Assembly: GCA_038231435.1 (NCBI GenBank)
Contig: JBBRLJ010000012.1
Location: forward strand, 46,690 to 110,689
Length of the DNA stretch: 64,000 bases
Reading direction: 5' to 3'
DNA from: Planctomycetota bacterium
Lineage (GTDB): Bacteria; Planctomycetota; UBA11346
In this document: positions 1 through 9,041 of the stretch, in pieces
How positions within the stretch are numbered: position 1 is the stretch's first letter
Layout: each line of letters starts with the position of its first letter
Made by a program: the position numbers and the translations under genes
Notes under the pieces: model-generated
Told to the model about the DNA's origin: nothing
Seen by the model: the letters and a program-made list of their open reading frames with translations, nothing else
Database searches by the model: none

Positions 1-24
1 GGCATGCGGTCTTCATGTGGCGGC

Positions 25-1797
25 TCATGGCGCATAGAATGGTCCCGCTGAGGTATCATAGAAATCCCCGATCGCGTTCGCGTCGCTGAAGGCGGGGCTG
101 TAGAGGCGCCAGTGCTGGCGCGCGCCGCGGAACGAGCTCCCGTACGGAACGCACACCAGCTCCAGGCGCTTACCGGACAGGCGGTCCTCGACCACCGAGG
201 TCGCCACGGTCAGGCCGCCGACGCCGCCGAAGCGCCGGTAGCGCAGGATGCTGGTCGACAGCACCGGATACGCGCTCGGTTTGTTATCGAGATCGAGAGG
301 CGTCTCGGCGTAGTGCGGCACGTACACGGTGCGCGTGGAATCCACGGTCGCGCGCGCGGGAATGGTGCGGTCACCGTCGCTGATGTTGTACGGCAGCCGG
401 TAGGTGCGAGAAGTCAGGCGCCGGTCGTTGCGCGCGACGTCGCCGGTGTCCTGCCCGCCTCCGGCCATCCATACCCTGGTGCTCCAGTTCATCGAGGTCT
501 GGCCGCCGGCGACGGTGCCGCCCATGATCATCTGCAGGTACACCGAGCTGCGATCGTAGCAGGCATCATTGCCGACGCGCTCCGCGAGCACCGGCAGCGT
601 GACCAGGGCCCAGGTCCGCCCTTCGCGGAAATCGCAACCGAGGAATCCCGCGACATCGCGCGTGCCCCACGGATAGCTCCGGCCCCACAGGCCCGGCAGG
701 CTGTCCTGGCCGGCGCCTGGCGCCTCCGGATAACCCTTCGGGGTGGTGAAGAAATTGTCCGGCAGCGCGGGTGGTAGTGCGTGCCAATGGTCGTTCGGGC
801 CTTTCCCATCCTGGTCCTGGATGAACGGGCTGACCTCACCGGGCAGGTATTCGGCGAGGCCGTGCAGGCTCATGCGGCTGAAGGTCTGCCACGCGAGCAG
901 CGGGATGGCCTGGTTGTAGACGGTGCGCACGGGGCAGACGAGCGGCGGCATGGCGGGATCCGAGGCGTCGATCTCGCCGCTGACGGTGTACGGCCCTGGC
1001 GCCAAGCCGGCGAGCTTGCCGTCCATATCGCGCGCGAAGGCTGGCACCGGCGTTCCCGCGGGCGCGTAGGGGAACAGGGGATCCACCAGCTGCGGCGTGC
1101 CCCACGGCGAGGCGACGCCACTCGCGACATGCGCGAAGCGCATGTCGGTGCAGGCGACCAGGCGGTAGTCGCCGATGGCGAAGCGAGGATTGAAATGCCG
1201 GTAGTAGAGATCCCAGCTGCCGTTCGCGAGGAACGGCGTGGTGTTGCCCAGGATGTGGCTGCGGTCGATCGAGCGCGGATCGTGGGCGAGCATGACGTTG
1301 GGATTGGCGACCATGGACCACGCCGTGGTGAACGCGGGCCTTGCGGCATCGACCGGCTCGTCGAACGGCTGTACGTCGGGATCGGTGCTGGGCGAGAACG
1401 GCAGCGGCTGGAAGTGGCGCCGCGCCCCGTAACCCGGCTGCATGGGCAGGTACGAGGGATCGCTGCGAAGTCGCGTGAAGCCCTTGTTGTAGGGCTGGCT
1501 GGCATCGGCCTCGGAATGGTAGAAGTCGACGTCCTCGAGCGATGCTTGGAAGCCGACGCGCAGCAGCGAGTTCTCGGTGCTCAGGGCGTTGGTGATGGAG
1601 ATGGTGCGGCTCGCCAGGCGGAAGGCCGATACCGCGGTGAACACGATCACCATCGACAGCACCACCGAGATCATGATCTCGATCAGGGTGAACGCCGCGC
1701 GCGCTTCCGCCCGCGGAACGATGCGCGAGGGCGAGCGGGCGAGGCGCAGCAAGGTGGGCGCGACCGGCAGGCGTGATCGAAGTGCGGCGGGATCCAT
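25..1797 (-). CDS. large pilin-like protein (590 aa) with prepilin-type N-terminal cleavage/methylation motif
   Basis: ORF track 25..1797. The N-terminus reads ...EARAA|FTLIEIMISVVLSMVIVFTAVSAF (FTLIE plus hydrophobic helix, Glu at +5). The ATG at 1797 lies 3 nt after the stop of the upstream gene. The rest is W/P/Y/D-rich with no domain I recognise. Confidence 0.75.
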   Translation of the reverse strand: MDPAALRSRLPVAPTLLRLARSPSRIVPRAEARAAFTLIEIMISVVLSMVIVFTAVSAFRLASRTISITNALSTENSLLRVGFQASLEDVDFYHSEADASQPYNKGFTRLRSDPSYLPMQPGYGARRHFQPLPFSPSTDPDVQPFDEPVDAARPAFTTAWSMVANPNVMLAHDPRSIDRSHILGNTTPFLANGSWDLYYRHFNPRFAIGDYRLVACTDMRFAHVASGVASPWGTPQLVDPLFPYAPAGTPVPAFARDMDGKLAGLAPGPYTVSGEIDASDPAMPPLVCPVRTVYNQAIPLLAWQTFSRMSLHGLAEYLPGEVSPFIQDQDGKGPNDHWHALPPALPDNFFTTPKGYPEAPGAGQDSLPGLWGRSYPWGTRDVAGFLGCDFREGRTWALVTLPVLAERVGNDACYDRSSVYLQMIMGGTVAGGQTSMNWSTRVWMAGGGQDTGDVARNDRRLTSRTYRLPYNISDGDRTIPARATVDSTRTVYVPHYAETPLDLDNKPSAYPVLSTSILRYRRFGGVGGLTVATSVVEDRLSGKRLELVCVPYGSSFRGARQHWRLYSPAFSDANAIGDFYDTSAGPFYAP

Positions 1798-1800
1798 GGG

Positions 1801-4800
1801 TCAATCGCCGTTGTTCAGGCGCAGCACGGGATCGTAGACGTTGAAGCGTGCCACCGCCGCGGCGCGCAGGCGCGTGGTCTTTGGGATCGGGCCGATGTCC
1901 AGGACGCGGTTGTTGTTGCGATCGGCGCCCCAGTGGCCGAGCACGATGTCCTCGTTCTCGCGGGTGTATGCCCAGACCTGGGTCGCATCGAGGTTGGTCA
2001 TGGTGTCGATGAAGCGCTGCTGGCGGGTCGCGTCGAGCCAGACCAAGGCGTTCTCGGGATTGCCGGCGAACTGGCTGTCGGCGCGGTCATAGGCGTCCTT
2101 CGAATCGCCTGGCTGCAGCATCGGCCAGAACGAATCCACGGTGACGCCATCGGGCTTGGTCCGGATCGAGCGCGCGTGCTTGGCGAGATCGAGCGGCGCG
2201 CTCGGCGCCGTCTCGGCGTCCTCGTATTGCTTCCAATCGACGGCCCAGAACGCCAGCTGGCGATCGCGGTGGAAGGCCTGGAACGGGCGGTTGAGCCAGT
2301 AGCGGTCGGCGTCACTCGACCAGTTCCAGGATCCTCCGGCGCTACCGGGGGGTGCGAGCTGGGGATTGTACATCACCGAGGTCCACGAGGTCTCGTTCCA
2401 ACGCCCAGGTCCCAGGTGGCTGAGCGCGCATACCGGCGCGGCGGGCGAGGCTGGGACGGTACCCGTCCTGAAGCCGTCGCGGGTCGCGGGATTGGGCGGC
2501 ATGATCCAGCGATAGAAAGACTCACCCGATGACAAGAGCGTGCTGGTCGGCAGACCTTGAGGCACGCGCTGCGCGTGTCCGTCGGACGACGGTCCGCGCC
2601 CGGCATCCATGAACAGGTCCAGGAGCGCCAGCGGCTTGTCGACCATCACCTGATGGTTGGCCATGCGCGGCGCGCCCCAATCGTAGGGGTTCTCGCACCC
2701 GTACGCGGCCGCGAAGCGCATGCACGTCTCGTGGACGGTGCGCGCGAAGGCGCGGTCGTAATCGCTGCAGATGCGGATCAGCTGCTGGTTGTGGCCGACG
2801 GGATCGGCGAGGATGGGCGGGAAGGCGTTCGGATCGGCGCCGTGCGTGCCCATCATCTTGGTGTAGGTGCGCGCCAGCGGCGGCTGGATCTTGAGATTGC
2901 CGGTGGTCGCGCCGGGCACCGGGTTGCCGGCGATGTAGAGGTCGTCGGTGACGCGGTACTTCTGCACGCCCTCGCCCCGGTCCGGGTTTCGTTCGTTCCT
3001 GGCGAACCACTCGCGGTAGTCCTCCTCGAGGCATATCTCGTCGCCCTTGTAGAAGTGGATGGGCGCGGCGCTGTCGTTGGTGATGGTGATCGAGGTGGCG
3101 CCGGCCATGGCGTTCGCGGGGTCGTCGACCAGCAGCTTGGCGTCCTTGAGTCCGGTGATCGTGACGCCGGGGCGGAGCGGATCCGCGGCCTGGTACTGCC
3201 AGGTGAGCGATTCCCAATCGAGCAGCGCGAGCACGTCCGGAGCGATGAACGGCGGATCCCAGCCGGTCATGAGCATGGCGGCGTGGGCGAGGTAGCTCAG
3301 CGCCAGCACCTGCGCCGGGTGCGGTGGCAGCCGGGATGACGCGTGCGGATCGATGAGCGGGAACGCCATCAGTTCGAGCGGCCCGTATTCGTACGAATCG
3401 CAGTCGATCTGGGTGTTGGTGACGTTCGGGCGTACGCCGGGCGGGAAGGCGCTGCTCTTGGTGACCGGAGGGATGTCGGGAAACACCGCGTACGCCAGAT
3501 CGAGCGCCTTGTCGCGGTAGCTGGCGCGCATCTCGTAGGTGGGCAGCAAGGTGCTGTGAGGTGCGCCGGTGAATTTGCACAATTCGTTGCCGATCCACGG
3601 CGTGGGCGGGTAGTACGGATCCCAGCCATTCACCTTCACGCGCAGCGTCGAGGGCCGCGGTGGGAAAACCCCAGAGCCGACCTCGGTGTCTCTACCCACG
3701 GCGAGCGCGCCCTTCACCTGCTCTCCGAGGTACTTGGATTTGCGCGAGGGCGCTGGATCCGGCAGGATCTGGTACCAGTAGTTGTTGTAGGTGGCGCTGT
3801 CCTCGCTGGTCAGCAGCGCCATGACCGGCAGCCATCCGGCCTTCTCGTAATGGCTCGCCAGAGGCGCGGCGGCGTAGGCGTTCCAATCCGGAAGTGGCCG
3901 CAGGGTGTCGTTGAAGCCGGCAAGTCGCTGGAATGGCAGCCAACCGCGATCCCACAACGATCCGGGCGGGCAGGTGGCGGCGAAATACCTCCAGTCGCGG
4001 CCTTGATACCAGCCCGTGGATCCGGTGTTCCAGTCGCCGGCCGCGTCGGGCGCGACGTCGGCTGGGTCGATCGGCTTGCGCGTTTGGTCGCTCAGGGGGC
4101 TCCACGGCGTCGCGCGCAGCGGTCGGATCTGCCGCTCGTTCTGCGGCGCATCGGGGAAGGTCACTGGCGACCAGGCGAAGTGGCCACCGTCGCCCCACAC
4201 GATGCCATCGCCGTAGCCGAGGCCCGGTGGCGGGCTGCCGCTCGGCGACGCGGGAAGTCCCAGCATGTTCTGCCCGCGGATCGGACCACCATACGTGCCG
4301 GTGGCGGGATCGAACATCTTGTGCACCGGCCCGCGGCGGATTTCGTGTCCGGAGGCCCGCAACGCCACCCATGCGGGCGGGAACGGGTAGATCTCGTACC
4401 ACGGCCAACTCTCCACCGGATGGCTGGTGAGCGCATTCTGCTGCGCGTAGCCGGTGACCGCGAACACCAGCTTGTGCGCCTCCTGCGCCGGATTCAGGGT
4501 CAACGATTTGTCGCGCGCCGATGACACGGTCAGGCCGCGCACGTAGCCGGTATCCTGGTAGAGCAGGCAGCCGCCGGCGTCGAGCAGGCGCTGGATCTCG
4601 TCGTTGTCGCTATCGATGCGGCGCGCGATCTCGAGCGGCACGGGATACACGCCGGTCATCCATCCGCATAGGTAGCGCTCGATGTCGTGCTGGTAGGGCG
4701 ACGCGACCAGGTTGCAGTCGCGCAGGCGGTTCGCCCACCCGGGGATGGGCGGGCTACCCGCCGGAGCCAGGTTGGTGTTGAGATCAGGCGCGAGCGTGCC

Positions 4801-5001
4801 GTGGCCGTTGAAGCTGATCATCGGCGCGTGGAAATTCTCCATCAGCGTCAGCGCCGCTGAGCCCGCGTATAGTTGGTAGCGCGCGAGCTGCTGAGCCTTC
4901 AGGCCGATCGGCAGCAGCGCGATGGTGGTGAGCACCGCGATGCTCAGCACCAGCATCGAGATCACCACCTCGAAGAGCGTGAATGCCGAGCGCCCGCGCA
5001 C
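1801..5001 (-). CDS. giant pilin-like protein (~1066 aa) with prepilin-type N-terminal motif
   Basis: The track ORF is 1801..5841, but its first 280 codons overlap the 252-aa gene in another frame. An in-frame GTG at 5001, 2 nt after the upstream stop at 5004, gives MRGRSA|FTLFEVVISMLVLSIAVLTTIALLP. The remaining ~1000 aa have no domain I recognise. Confidence 0.7.
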   Translation of the reverse strand: MRGRSAFTLFEVVISMLVLSIAVLTTIALLPIGLKAQQLARYQLYAGSAALTLMENFHAPMISFNGHGTLAPDLNTNLAPAGSPPIPGWANRLRDCNLVASPYQHDIERYLCGWMTGVYPVPLEIARRIDSDNDEIQRLLDAGGCLLYQDTGYVRGLTVSSARDKSLTLNPAQEAHKLVFAVTGYAQQNALTSHPVESWPWYEIYPFPPAWVALRASGHEIRRGPVHKMFDPATGTYGGPIRGQNMLGLPASPSGSPPPGLGYGDGIVWGDGGHFAWSPVTFPDAPQNERQIRPLRATPWSPLSDQTRKPIDPADVAPDAAGDWNTGSTGWYQGRDWRYFAATCPPGSLWDRGWLPFQRLAGFNDTLRPLPDWNAYAAAPLASHYEKAGWLPVMALLTSEDSATYNNYWYQILPDPAPSRKSKYLGEQVKGALAVGRDTEVGSGVFPPRPSTLRVKVNGWDPYYPPTPWIGNELCKFTGAPHSTLLPTYEMRASYRDKALDLAYAVFPDIPPVTKSSAFPPGVRPNVTNTQIDCDSYEYGPLELMAFPLIDPHASSRLPPHPAQVLALSYLAHAAMLMTGWDPPFIAPDVLALLDWESLTWQYQAADPLRPGVTITGLKDAKLLVDDPANAMAGATSITITNDSAAPIHFYKGDEICLEEDYREWFARNERNPDRGEGVQKYRVTDDLYIAGNPVPGATTGNLKIQPPLARTYTKMMGTHGADPNAFPPILADPVGHNQQLIRICSDYDRAFARTVHETCMRFAAAYGCENPYDWGAPRMANHQVMVDKPLALLDLFMDAGRGPSSDGHAQRVPQGLPTSTLLSSGESFYRWIMPPNPATRDGFRTGTVPASPAAPVCALSHLGPGRWNETSWTSVMYNPQLAPPGSAGGSWNWSSDADRYWLNRPFQAFHRDRQLAFWAVDWKQYEDAETAPSAPLDLAKHARSIRTKPDGVTVDSFWPMLQPGDSKDAYDRADSQFAGNPENALVWLDATRQQRFIDTMTNLDATQVWAYTRENEDIVLGHWGADRNNNRVLDIGPIPKTTRLRAAAVARFNVYDPVLRLNNGD

Positions 5002-5003
5002 GC

Positions 5004-5762
5004 TCAGAGCTCTTGCGTCGCCGCGATGCCGATGGGGTAGAGGATCACGCCGAGAGCGTAGCCGCGCTTGTCCGCTCCGCCGGTGAAATCGAGAGTCTGC
5101 ACGTCCATCTTGGCGCACACCGGACTGTCGGCGATGCAGAACGCGCGGTTGCCGGTCAGGCCCATGCCCACCGCCGGCGCTCTGGGCGCCTTGCCGGCGA
5201 CGACCGCCGCCGCGTCGATGGGCAGCCCGGTGCGGTATTGGGCGTAGATCACCAGCACGCGATCGGTGGTGGTGACGGCATCGGCTGCGGTCGGCGCGCA
5301 GCCCATGACGACGCTGCGTCCGAACGTGCACTTCGCCACCGGCGGGTTCACCGAGTCGTTGGTGCTGGTGCTGGTCGCGTCGGCGCGCAGCACCGCAGTC
5401 TCGGGGCTCGCGGTCAGTGAGCCAGCGTCCCGGTTGTCGTAGATCAGCGCCGCATATGGGCGCTCGCCCGCGCGTTGAGTGATCATCAGCCCGAAGTGCT
5501 TGGGCGCCGTGCCGTCGTCGCTGTCGGGCATGGCGTGGCGGATCGCCAGGTTCCGGGCCTGGCGCCAGCACTGCATGATGTCGGTGGCGGCAGCCGAGAC
5601 CGCGCCCTTGCGCAGCGTCTTCAAGACCGCCGGCATCATCATCGACATCACCAGCATCATGATGCCGACCACCACCACGAGTTCGATCGCGGTGAAGCCC
5701 CGGCGGGCGGCGCAGGGGGTGGCGCTGGCGGTCGAGACGGGCTGAGGCAGTGGCTTGGCCAT
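5004..5762 (-). CDS. pseudopilin / minor pilin-like protein (252 aa), GspH/FimT-like in size
   Basis: The N-terminus reads MAKPLPQPVSTASATPCAARRG|FTAIELVVVVGIMMLVMSMMMPAV. This is a canonical G|FTxIE prepilin motif followed by a hydrophobic helix. It is the first gene of the three-gene cluster. Confidence 0.8.
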   Translation of the reverse strand: MAKPLPQPVSTASATPCAARRGFTAIELVVVVGIMMLVMSMMMPAVLKTLRKGAVSAAATDIMQCWRQARNLAIRHAMPDSDDGTAPKHFGLMITQRAGERPYAALIYDNRDAGSLTASPETAVLRADATSTSTNDSVNPPVAKCTFGRSVVMGCAPTAADAVTTTDRVLVIYAQYRTGLPIDAAAVVAGKAPRAPAVGMGLTGNRAFCIADSPVCAKMDVQTLDFTGGADKRGYALGVILYPIGIAATQEL

Positions 5763-5850
5763 GGCACCCTCGGGGAGCGGCGGCGCACCCCTCGGCAGCG
5801 AGGGTGAGCGCCAGGTTTGGATATACGTATCCGCACCGCACCGAGGAATG

Positions 5851-5866
5851 TTACATCTAGACGTAA
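5851..5866. promoter_or_regulatory. AT-rich 16-nt near-palindrome TTACATCTAGACGTAA between pyrC and the pilin-like operon
   Basis: 14 of 16 positions are symmetric. It sits in the only AT-rich patch (5820-5880) upstream of the operon. Confidence 0.3.
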
Positions 5867-5876
5867 GTCCTTATAT

Positions 5877-7211
5877 TTAAAGGCATTCCACGAATGACAT
5901 CGGCAGGCCCGCGGGAGCCCCCACGAGCGCTCCGTCGCGCATCGCGAGCGCGCCCCGGATGACCGTCATCACCGGCCAGCCGGTGACGCGCATGCCGTCG
6001 AACGGCGTCCAGCCGACCTTGGTGGCCATGGCTTTGTTCTCGATCACCCGCTGGGCGCCGAGATCGACGATGGTCAGGTCGGCATCGTAGCCGCAGGCGA
6101 TGCGGCCCTTGCGCGCGATGCCGAAGATGCGCTGCGGTCCGGCAGACGTCAGATCGACGAAGCGTTCGAGGGTCAGGCGCCCCTTGGCGACGTGGTCGAG
6201 CATCACCGGCAGCAGCGTCTGCACGCCAGGCATGCCCGATGGCGTGTTCGGGTAGGCCGCGTCCTTCTCGGCGCGGGTATGCGGGGCGTGATCGGTGCCG
6301 AGCACGTCGACGGTGCCGTCGGCGATGGCTGCCCACAGCGCGGCGCGGTGGCGTTCGTCGCGCACCGGAGGATTCATCTGCGCGTAGGCGCCGAGGCGGT
6401 CGTAGCAGTCGGGCGCCACCAGGGTCAGGTGGTTGGGCAGCACCTCGACGGTGGCGTGGTCTTTGTGGGCCCGCAGCAGCTCGAGCTCCTCGGCGGTGGT
6501 CACGTGCAGCACGTGAACGCGCTTGCGGCGCTCCTTCGCCAGTCGCAGCAGGCGTCGCGTCGCGATCAACGCGGTCTCGACATCACGCCACATCGGGTGC
6601 ATGCGCACGTGCGCGCCATGGTCGGGGATGAGCGAGCGCCGTTCCTTGAGTCGCGACTCGTCTTCGCAATGCACCGCCATGCGCCGCGATACCGAATCGA
6701 GGATGCGTCCGAGCACGGCCTCGTCGTCGACCAGCAGCGAGCCGGTGGATGAGCCCATGAACACCTTCACGCCGCAGCACCCGGGCAGGCGCTCGAGAGC
6801 GCCGAGCTGATCGGCGTTCTCGGCGGCGCCGCCCATATAGAAGGCATGATCGACCCAGGCGCGTCCGCGCGCGCGCGCGAGCTTGTCTTCGAGGCCCTCG
6901 CGCGTGGTCATGCTCGGCTTGGTGTTCGGCATCTCGAACAGCGCCACCACGCCGCCGAGGGCGGCGCCGGCGGTTCCGGATGCGAGGTCTTCCTTGTGCT
7001 CGAGCCCGGGCTCGCGGAAGTGCACCTGCGAGTCGATGACGCCCGGCAGCACGTGCAGGCCGCGGGCCTCGATGACGTCCGCGGCCGTGGCCTTGGACAG
7101 ATCGCCGATGGCCGCAAAGCGTCCGGCGCGGATGCCGATGTCGCAGAGCGCGCGTCCGGCGTGGCTGACGACGGTGCCGCCACGGATGATCAGGTCGAAT
7201 GACGCGTTCAT
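5877..7211 (-). CDS. pyrC: dihydroorotase (cyclic amidohydrolase family)
   Basis: From the internal ATG at 7211 the product reads MNASFDLIIRGGTVV...GVIDSQVHFREPG...GTDHAPH. The HxH and DHAPH metal motifs are typical of dihydroorotase/allantoinase-type enzymes. The upstream 110 codons of track ORF 5877..7541 are R/P-rich junk. Confidence 0.85.
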   Translation of the reverse strand: MNASFDLIIRGGTVVSHAGRALCDIGIRAGRFAAIGDLSKATAADVIEARGLHVLPGVIDSQVHFREPGLEHKEDLASGTAGAALGGVVALFEMPNTKPSMTTREGLEDKLARARGRAWVDHAFYMGGAAENADQLGALERLPGCCGVKVFMGSSTGSLLVDDEAVLGRILDSVSRRMAVHCEDESRLKERRSLIPDHGAHVRMHPMWRDVETALIATRRLLRLAKERRKRVHVLHVTTAEELELLRAHKDHATVEVLPNHLTLVAPDCYDRLGAYAQMNPPVRDERHRAALWAAIADGTVDVLGTDHAPHTRAEKDAAYPNTPSGMPGVQTLLPVMLDHVAKGRLTLERFVDLTSAGPQRIFGIARKGRIACGYDADLTIVDLGAQRVIENKAMATKVGWTPFDGMRVTGWPVMTVIRGALAMRDGALVGAPAGLPMSFVECL

Positions 7212-7224
7212 GGCGGCATTTGAT

Positions 7225-7242
7225 CGCCGGGGCGCCCCGGCG
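7225..7242. promoter_or_regulatory. perfect 18-nt GC palindrome CGCCGGGGCGCCCCGGCG upstream of pyrC
   Basis: Self-complementary. It lies 14 nt upstream of the pyrC ATG (7211) and about 100 nt downstream of the PhyH stop. Confidence 0.5.
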
Positions 7243-7342
7243 CCACGGGACAGGCGGCGAGCCCTCACCGATCCTGGCTCTGGTCGCCGTGGGCCGAGCC
7301 ACGAGGTGCCTGCCCGCTCAGATCCTGGGCCCGGGACGGTGC

Positions 7343-8041
7343 CTAGTGGAGGGACGTGGCCTGGACCGGCGACGGCACGACGACATGGCGCGCAGGGAAG
7401 GACAGGTCGAACGGTTCGTCCGGGGCGGGAGCTTGGTAGGTCAGGATGAGTGCGAAGCGGTCTGCGCCGGACTGGTTGGTGAACGAGGCGTGTGGCAGGC
7501 GGTCGCCGAAGACGATGGCGCCGCCCTGGGGGACTTCGCACGCCACGTCGTCGGCCTCGCTCCAGGCCGGGTCGCTGATGACGTTGGTGAATTCGCCGTT
7601 GGTGCCCGCGCCTCCGCCATTGCTATGTGCCCATTCGCGCAGATGCCCGCCGCGCGCCACGCGCATGCAGCCATTGTCGCGCCGGGCATCGTCCAGCGCG
7701 AGCCATACCGACATCTTGGCGCGCGTGCCGCGCCAATACGCCTGGTCGACGTGCCATGGCGTCGCGAAGCGCTTCGCCCCCGACTTGAACACGAACTTGT
7801 CGCTCATGAACATCACGCCATCGGGCATCAGCGGCGCGATCAGCCCGACCAGCCGCGGATCGCCCGCGAGCCGCCTGAAGCGCTCGCTGACCACCGCCAC
7901 CCCGACCATCACCGTCGCCTCGGGCCCAGCATGCTCGCGCATCAGCGCCACCGCCTCAGCCTTCAGGTCCTCGCACTCCTTCCGCGTCAGCGCCCCCGTC
8001 GCGACCACGTACCCGTCGCGGGCGTAATCCCCCGCGATCAT
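7343..8041 (-). CDS. phytanoyl-CoA dioxygenase (PhyH) family Fe(II)/2OG oxygenase
   Basis: Track ORF 7343..8122 starts on TTG in AT-rich, low-GC3 sequence, so the start is uncertain. I prefer the ATG at 8041 (MIAGDYARDGYVV...). A PWHVDQAYW (HxD) motif and a distal His (RLPHASF) support the call. It is divergent from an AraC gene. Confidence 0.7.
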   Translation of the reverse strand: MIAGDYARDGYVVATGALTRKECEDLKAEAVALMREHAGPEATVMVGVAVVSERFRRLAGDPRLVGLIAPLMPDGVMFMSDKFVFKSGAKRFATPWHVDQAYWRGTRAKMSVWLALDDARRDNGCMRVARGGHLREWAHSNGGGAGTNGEFTNVISDPAWSEADDVACEVPQGGAIVFGDRLPHASFTNQSGADRFALILTYQAPAPDEPFDLSFPARHVVVPSPVQATSLH

Positions 8042-8160
8042 GCGTTTACCATCATCTCCCATCGCGTTGTCGTAGTTCATGATGTCATTGTATAGCCAGG
8101 AATAATCGAGATGATTTAGCAAGACAGCCAGTATCAGTTAGCAATTTCCATCACGGATTT

Positions 8161-8201
8161 CCCTCTTCCCTCTTCTTCGCTTCCCCGCTCCTCCTCCTTC
8201 C
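8161..8201. repeat. CT-rich tract headed by (CCCTCTT)x2, directly upstream of the AraC start codon
   Basis: ccctctt ccctctt cttcgct tccccgc tcctcct ccttcc, then the ATG at 8202. Confidence 0.6.
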
Positions 8202-9002
8202 ATGCCCCACCCCATCTCCGCCTCCCCCATCGAGAGCGTCCTGCTGGTCGAACGCATCGAGCCACGTCTCGGTCGGTTCGAGGCCACGTCCCTTCCTGGC
8301 CACCTGGTGCACGTGGTGATGAGCGGCCGGGTGCGCCAGGAGTGTAACGGCCGCGTCTACGATCTCGCCCCGCGCTCCGCCATCTGGTACCACGAGGACG
8401 AACTGGTGCGCGGCGAATGCTTCGAGCCCTGGTCGTTCTATTCGGTCAACTTCATCGCGCCGTCGCTGCCACCGCCGGAATTCGCCGCGCGCTTGGTGCG
8501 ACCACCATGGACGCGCACCATCGCCTGCTGCCGCGCGATGCATGCCGCATGGCACGACCACGCGCTGTCCGCCCAGCGACGCGAACTCGAGGTGCATGCG
8601 GCGCTCAATGGTTTGCTCGCCTGCCTCGCGAGCGTGTCGAGCGCCGAGCCGGTGCGCACGGACGAGCGCTCGCGCCTGTGGTGGTGGCTCGAGACCGAGG
8701 TGCGCAAGCGCCTCGATGAACGCCTCGACATGCCGGCTCTCGCGCGGCTCACCGGCGTCAGCGCGGCGACCATCGAGCGCTCGTGCCGGCACGCGGTGGG
8801 ATTGCCGCCGATGCGCCGCCTCAAGCGCCTGCGCTTGAGCCTCGCCAAGGGCCTGCTGGCCCGCGAGGACCTGGGCATCGGCGAGATCGCGAAGCTGGTG
8901 GGATACGACCGCGTCCACGAATTCTCGCGGGATTACCGCAAATTCTACGGAGTGCCGCCCAGCCACGGGCGGCCCGCGGGGCAGGCGCGCCGGGCCCGCT
9001 AG
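8202..9002 (+). CDS. AraC family transcriptional regulator
   Basis: The C-terminal AraC-type HTH reads LARLTGVSAATIERSCRHAVGLPPMRRLKRLRLSLAKGLL...IGEIAKLVGYDRVHEFSRDYRKFYGVPPS. Confidence 0.8.
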   Translation: MPHPISASPIESVLLVERIEPRLGRFEATSLPGHLVHVVMSGRVRQECNGRVYDLAPRSAIWYHEDELVRGECFEPWSFYSVNFIAPSLPPPEFAARLVRPPWTRTIACCRAMHAAWHDHALSAQRRELEVHAALNGLLACLASVSSAEPVRTDERSRLWWWLETEVRKRLDERLDMPALARLTGVSAATIERSCRHAVGLPPMRRLKRLRLSLAKGLLAREDLGIGEIAKLVGYDRVHEFSRDYRKFYGVPPSHGRPAGQARRAR

Positions 9003-9041
9003 CGGTCGACGGGTCGGACCACGAGGGGGGCCTCGATCCGA

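Noticed and set aside
1801-5841. Track ORF of 1346 aa taken as one protein
   Set aside because: Its first 280 codons overlap the well-supported 252-aa pseudopilin gene (5004-5762) in another frame and are R/G/H-rich junk. The prepilin motif follows an in-frame GTG at 5001.
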